Assembly (NCBI RefSeq): GCF_963921235.1
Contig: NC_086108.1
Coordinates: forward strand, 100,132,001-100,196,000
Origin: Mobula hypostoma
Lineage: Eukaryota
Length of the DNA: 64,000 nucleotides
Direction of reading: 5' to 3'
Shown: positions 61,732 to 64,000 of the stretch, piece after piece
How positions within the stretch are numbered: position 1 is the stretch's first letter
How the letters are laid out: every line of letters starts with the position of its first letter
The notes under the pieces: model-generated
Told to the model about the DNA's origin: nothing
What the model saw: only the letters and a program-made list of their open reading frames with translations
Databases searched by the model: none
Made by a program: the position numbers and the translations under genes

Positions 61732-62670
61732 AACTAGAGGGCAAAAACTAGGTTTAAGGGGAGAGAGGAGAGACTTAAAAGGGAACTGAAGGAACCACCA
61801 ATGGAAATAGCTGAGGCAGGTTCAAGAATAGAATTGAAAGGTAACGGGGCATCTATTGTACATGGATTGGAAAAATTCAAAGGGATGTGGGGAAATAGAT
61901 CTAGTTTAGATGGACATCTTGGTTGGTATGGATGAGTTGAGTCAAAGGGCTTATTTCTATGCTGCAGAAAGTTGTAAACTTTATCAGCTCTGCCATGGGC
62001 ACTAGCCTCTTTAGTATCCAAGACATTTTTCAGGAGTGATGCCTCAAAAAGGCAACATCTATCATTAAGGACCCCATCACCCAGGTCATATCTTGTTCCT
62101 CAGTGCTACTATCAGGGAGGAGGTACAGAAGCCTGAAGGCACACACTCAATGATTCAAAAACAGCTTCTACCCCTCTGCCATTCAATTTCAGAATGGACA
62201 TTAAACCCATGAACACTGCCTCTACCTTTTTATTTTTATTTTTACATTACTTATTTAATTTAACTATTTAATGTATATCCTATAATTCATGTTGTTTTTC
62301 TCTTTTATTATGCATTTGATTATGCTGCTGCCACAAAGTTTCACAACATATGCCCATGATATAAAACCTGATGCTGATTCTGACACTTCTCGATGACTCT
62401 AAAAGGAAAGGTTACAGGAACATGAAAACCCACACTCAGCATTTTAGAAACAGCTTTTCCCCTCTGCTATCAGATTTCTGAACAGTCGATAAACCCATTA
62501 TTCCTCTTTAGCACGATTTATTTATTGTTTCAACGCCATACTTTTTGTAGCCTGCACTGTACTGCTGCCACAAAACAACAAATTTGTCTGAGGTAAGTTC
62601 TTTACACAAAGAGTGGTGGGTGTGGCAGAGGCAAACGCATTGGGGGATTTAAGAAACTCTTAGATAGGTA

Positions 62671-64000
62671 CATAAGACCATAAGACCATAAGACAAAGGA
62701 GCAGAAGTAGGCCATTCGGCCCATCGAGTCTGCTCCGCCATTTTATCATGAGCTGATCCATTTTATCCGATTTAGTCCCACTGCCCCACCTTCTCACCAT
62801 AACCTTTGATGCCCTAGCTACTCAGATACCTATCAATCTCTGCCTTAAATACACCCAATGACTTGACCTCCACTGCCACCCGTGGCAACAAATTCCATAG
62901 ATTCACCACCCTCTGACTAAAAAAATTTTTTCGCATTTCTGTTCTGAAAGGGCGCCCTTCAATCCTGAAGTTATGCCCTCTCGTACTAGACTCCCCCATC
63001 ATGGGAAACAGCTTTGCCACATCCACTCTGTCCATGCCTTTTAACATTCGAAATGTTTCTATGAGGTCTCCCCTCATTCTTCTAAACTCCAAGGAATGCA
63101 GTCCAAGTGCAGACAAACGTTCCTCATATGTTAACCCTCTCATTCCCGGAATCATTCTAGTGAATCTTCTCTGTACCCTCTCCAACGTCAGCACATCCTT
63201 TCTTAAATAAGGAGACCAAAAATGCCCACAGTACTCCAAGTGAGGTCTCACCAGTGCCTTATAGAGCCTCAACATCACATCCCTGCTCCTATACTCTATT
63301 CCTCTAGAAATGAATGCCAACATTGCATTCGCCTTCTTCACTACCGACTCAACCTGGAGGTTAACTTTAAGGGAATCCTGTACGAGGACTCCCAAGTCCC
63401 GTTGCATCTCAGAACTTTGAATTCTTTCCCCATTTAAATAATAGTCTGCCCGTTTATTTTTTCTGCCAAAGTGCATAACCATACACTTTCCAACATTGTA
63501 CTTCATTTGCCACTTCTCTGCCCATTCTTCCAATCTATCCAAATCTCTCTGCAGACTCTCCGTTTCCTCAGCACTACCGGCCCCTCCACCTATCTTCATA
63601 TCATCAGCAAACTTAGCCACAAAGCCATCTATTCCATAATCCAAATCATTGATATACAATGTAAAAAGAAGCAGCCCCAACACGGACCCCTGTGGAACAC
63701 CACTGGTAACCGGCAGCCAACCAGAATAGGATCCCTTTATTTCCACTCTCTGTTTCCTGCCAATCAGCCAACGCTCTATCCACGTATGTAACTTTCCTGT
63801 AATTCCATGGGCTCTTATCTTGTTAAGCAGCCTCATGTGTGGCACCTTGTCAAAGGCCTTCTGAAAATCCAAATATACAACATCTACTGCATCTCCCTTG
63901 TCTAGCCTACTGGTAATTTCCTCAAAAAATTGTAATAGGTTTGTCAGGCAGGATTTTCCTTTAAGGAATCCATGCTGAGTTCTGCCTATCTTGTCATATG
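62671..64000 (-). mobile_element. Young CR1 LINE, runs off the window end
   Basis: (CATAAGAC)n tail at 62671, 3'UTR, uninterrupted RT ORF. Confidence 0.95.
62814..64000 (-). CDS. CR1 ORF2 reverse transcriptase, 5'-partial, open to the window edge
   Basis: QHGFLKGKSCLTNLL..VYLDFQKAFDKVPH..SGVPQGSVLG..KFADD..RDLGV..LYKALVRPHLEYC with no stops. Confidence 0.9.
   Translation of the reverse strand, partial: YDKIGRTQHGFLKGKSCLTNLLQFFEEITSRLDKGDAVDVVYLDFQKAFDKVPHMRLLNKIRAHGITGKLHTWIERWLIGRKQRVEIKGSYSGWLPVTSGVPQGSVLGLLLFTLYINDLDYGIDGFVAKFADDMKIGGGAGSAEETESLQRDLDRLEEWAEKWQMKYNVGKCMVMHFGRKNKRADYYLNGERIQSSEMQRDLGVLVQDSLKVNLQVESVVKKANAMLAFISRGIEYRSRDVMLRLYKALVRPHLEYCGHFWSPYLRKDVLTLERVQRRFTRMIPGMRGLTYEERLSALGLHSLEFRRMRGDLIETFRMLKGMDRVDVAKLFPMMGESSTRGHNFRIEGRPFRTEMRKNFFSQRVVNLWNLLPRVAVEVKSLGVFKAEIDRYLSS

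Overview
Eukaryotic, repeat-dense intronic or intergenic DNA. The repeat mix (CR1, Rex1-like, RTE, Penelope-like elements, tRNA-SINEs, Tc1/pogo and hAT MITEs) suggests a cartilaginous fish, probably a ray; that is inference from the repeats only. I cannot identify a host protein-coding gene. Nearly all ORFs in the supplied track are spurious or transposon-derived. The only long intact ORF is a CR1 reverse transcriptase at the right edge. Main observations: (1) a 716-bp TA-flanked pogo/Tigger-type MITE (30398-31113) carrying an ITS2-like plus 28S rRNA 5' fragment, inside a multi-level nest of insertions; (2) two independent copies of a composite DNA element, each made of two tiny Tc1-type hairpin MITEs around the same ~350-bp cargo (20157-20628, 53055-54231); (3) about ten or more Penelope pseudo-LTRs with minimal type-I hammerhead ribozyme motifs, some as inverted pairs; (4) a possible HDV-like ribozyme at the 5' end of an RTE-derived element; (5) VNTR-bearing elements that share a 3' tail with a tRNA-SINE; (6) a non-repetitive block with eight TAATTA homeodomain palindromes in ~300 bp; (7) a candidate 27-nt microexon at 9605-9631. 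Repeat boundaries are by eye and approximate unless a TSD or TIR is quoted.
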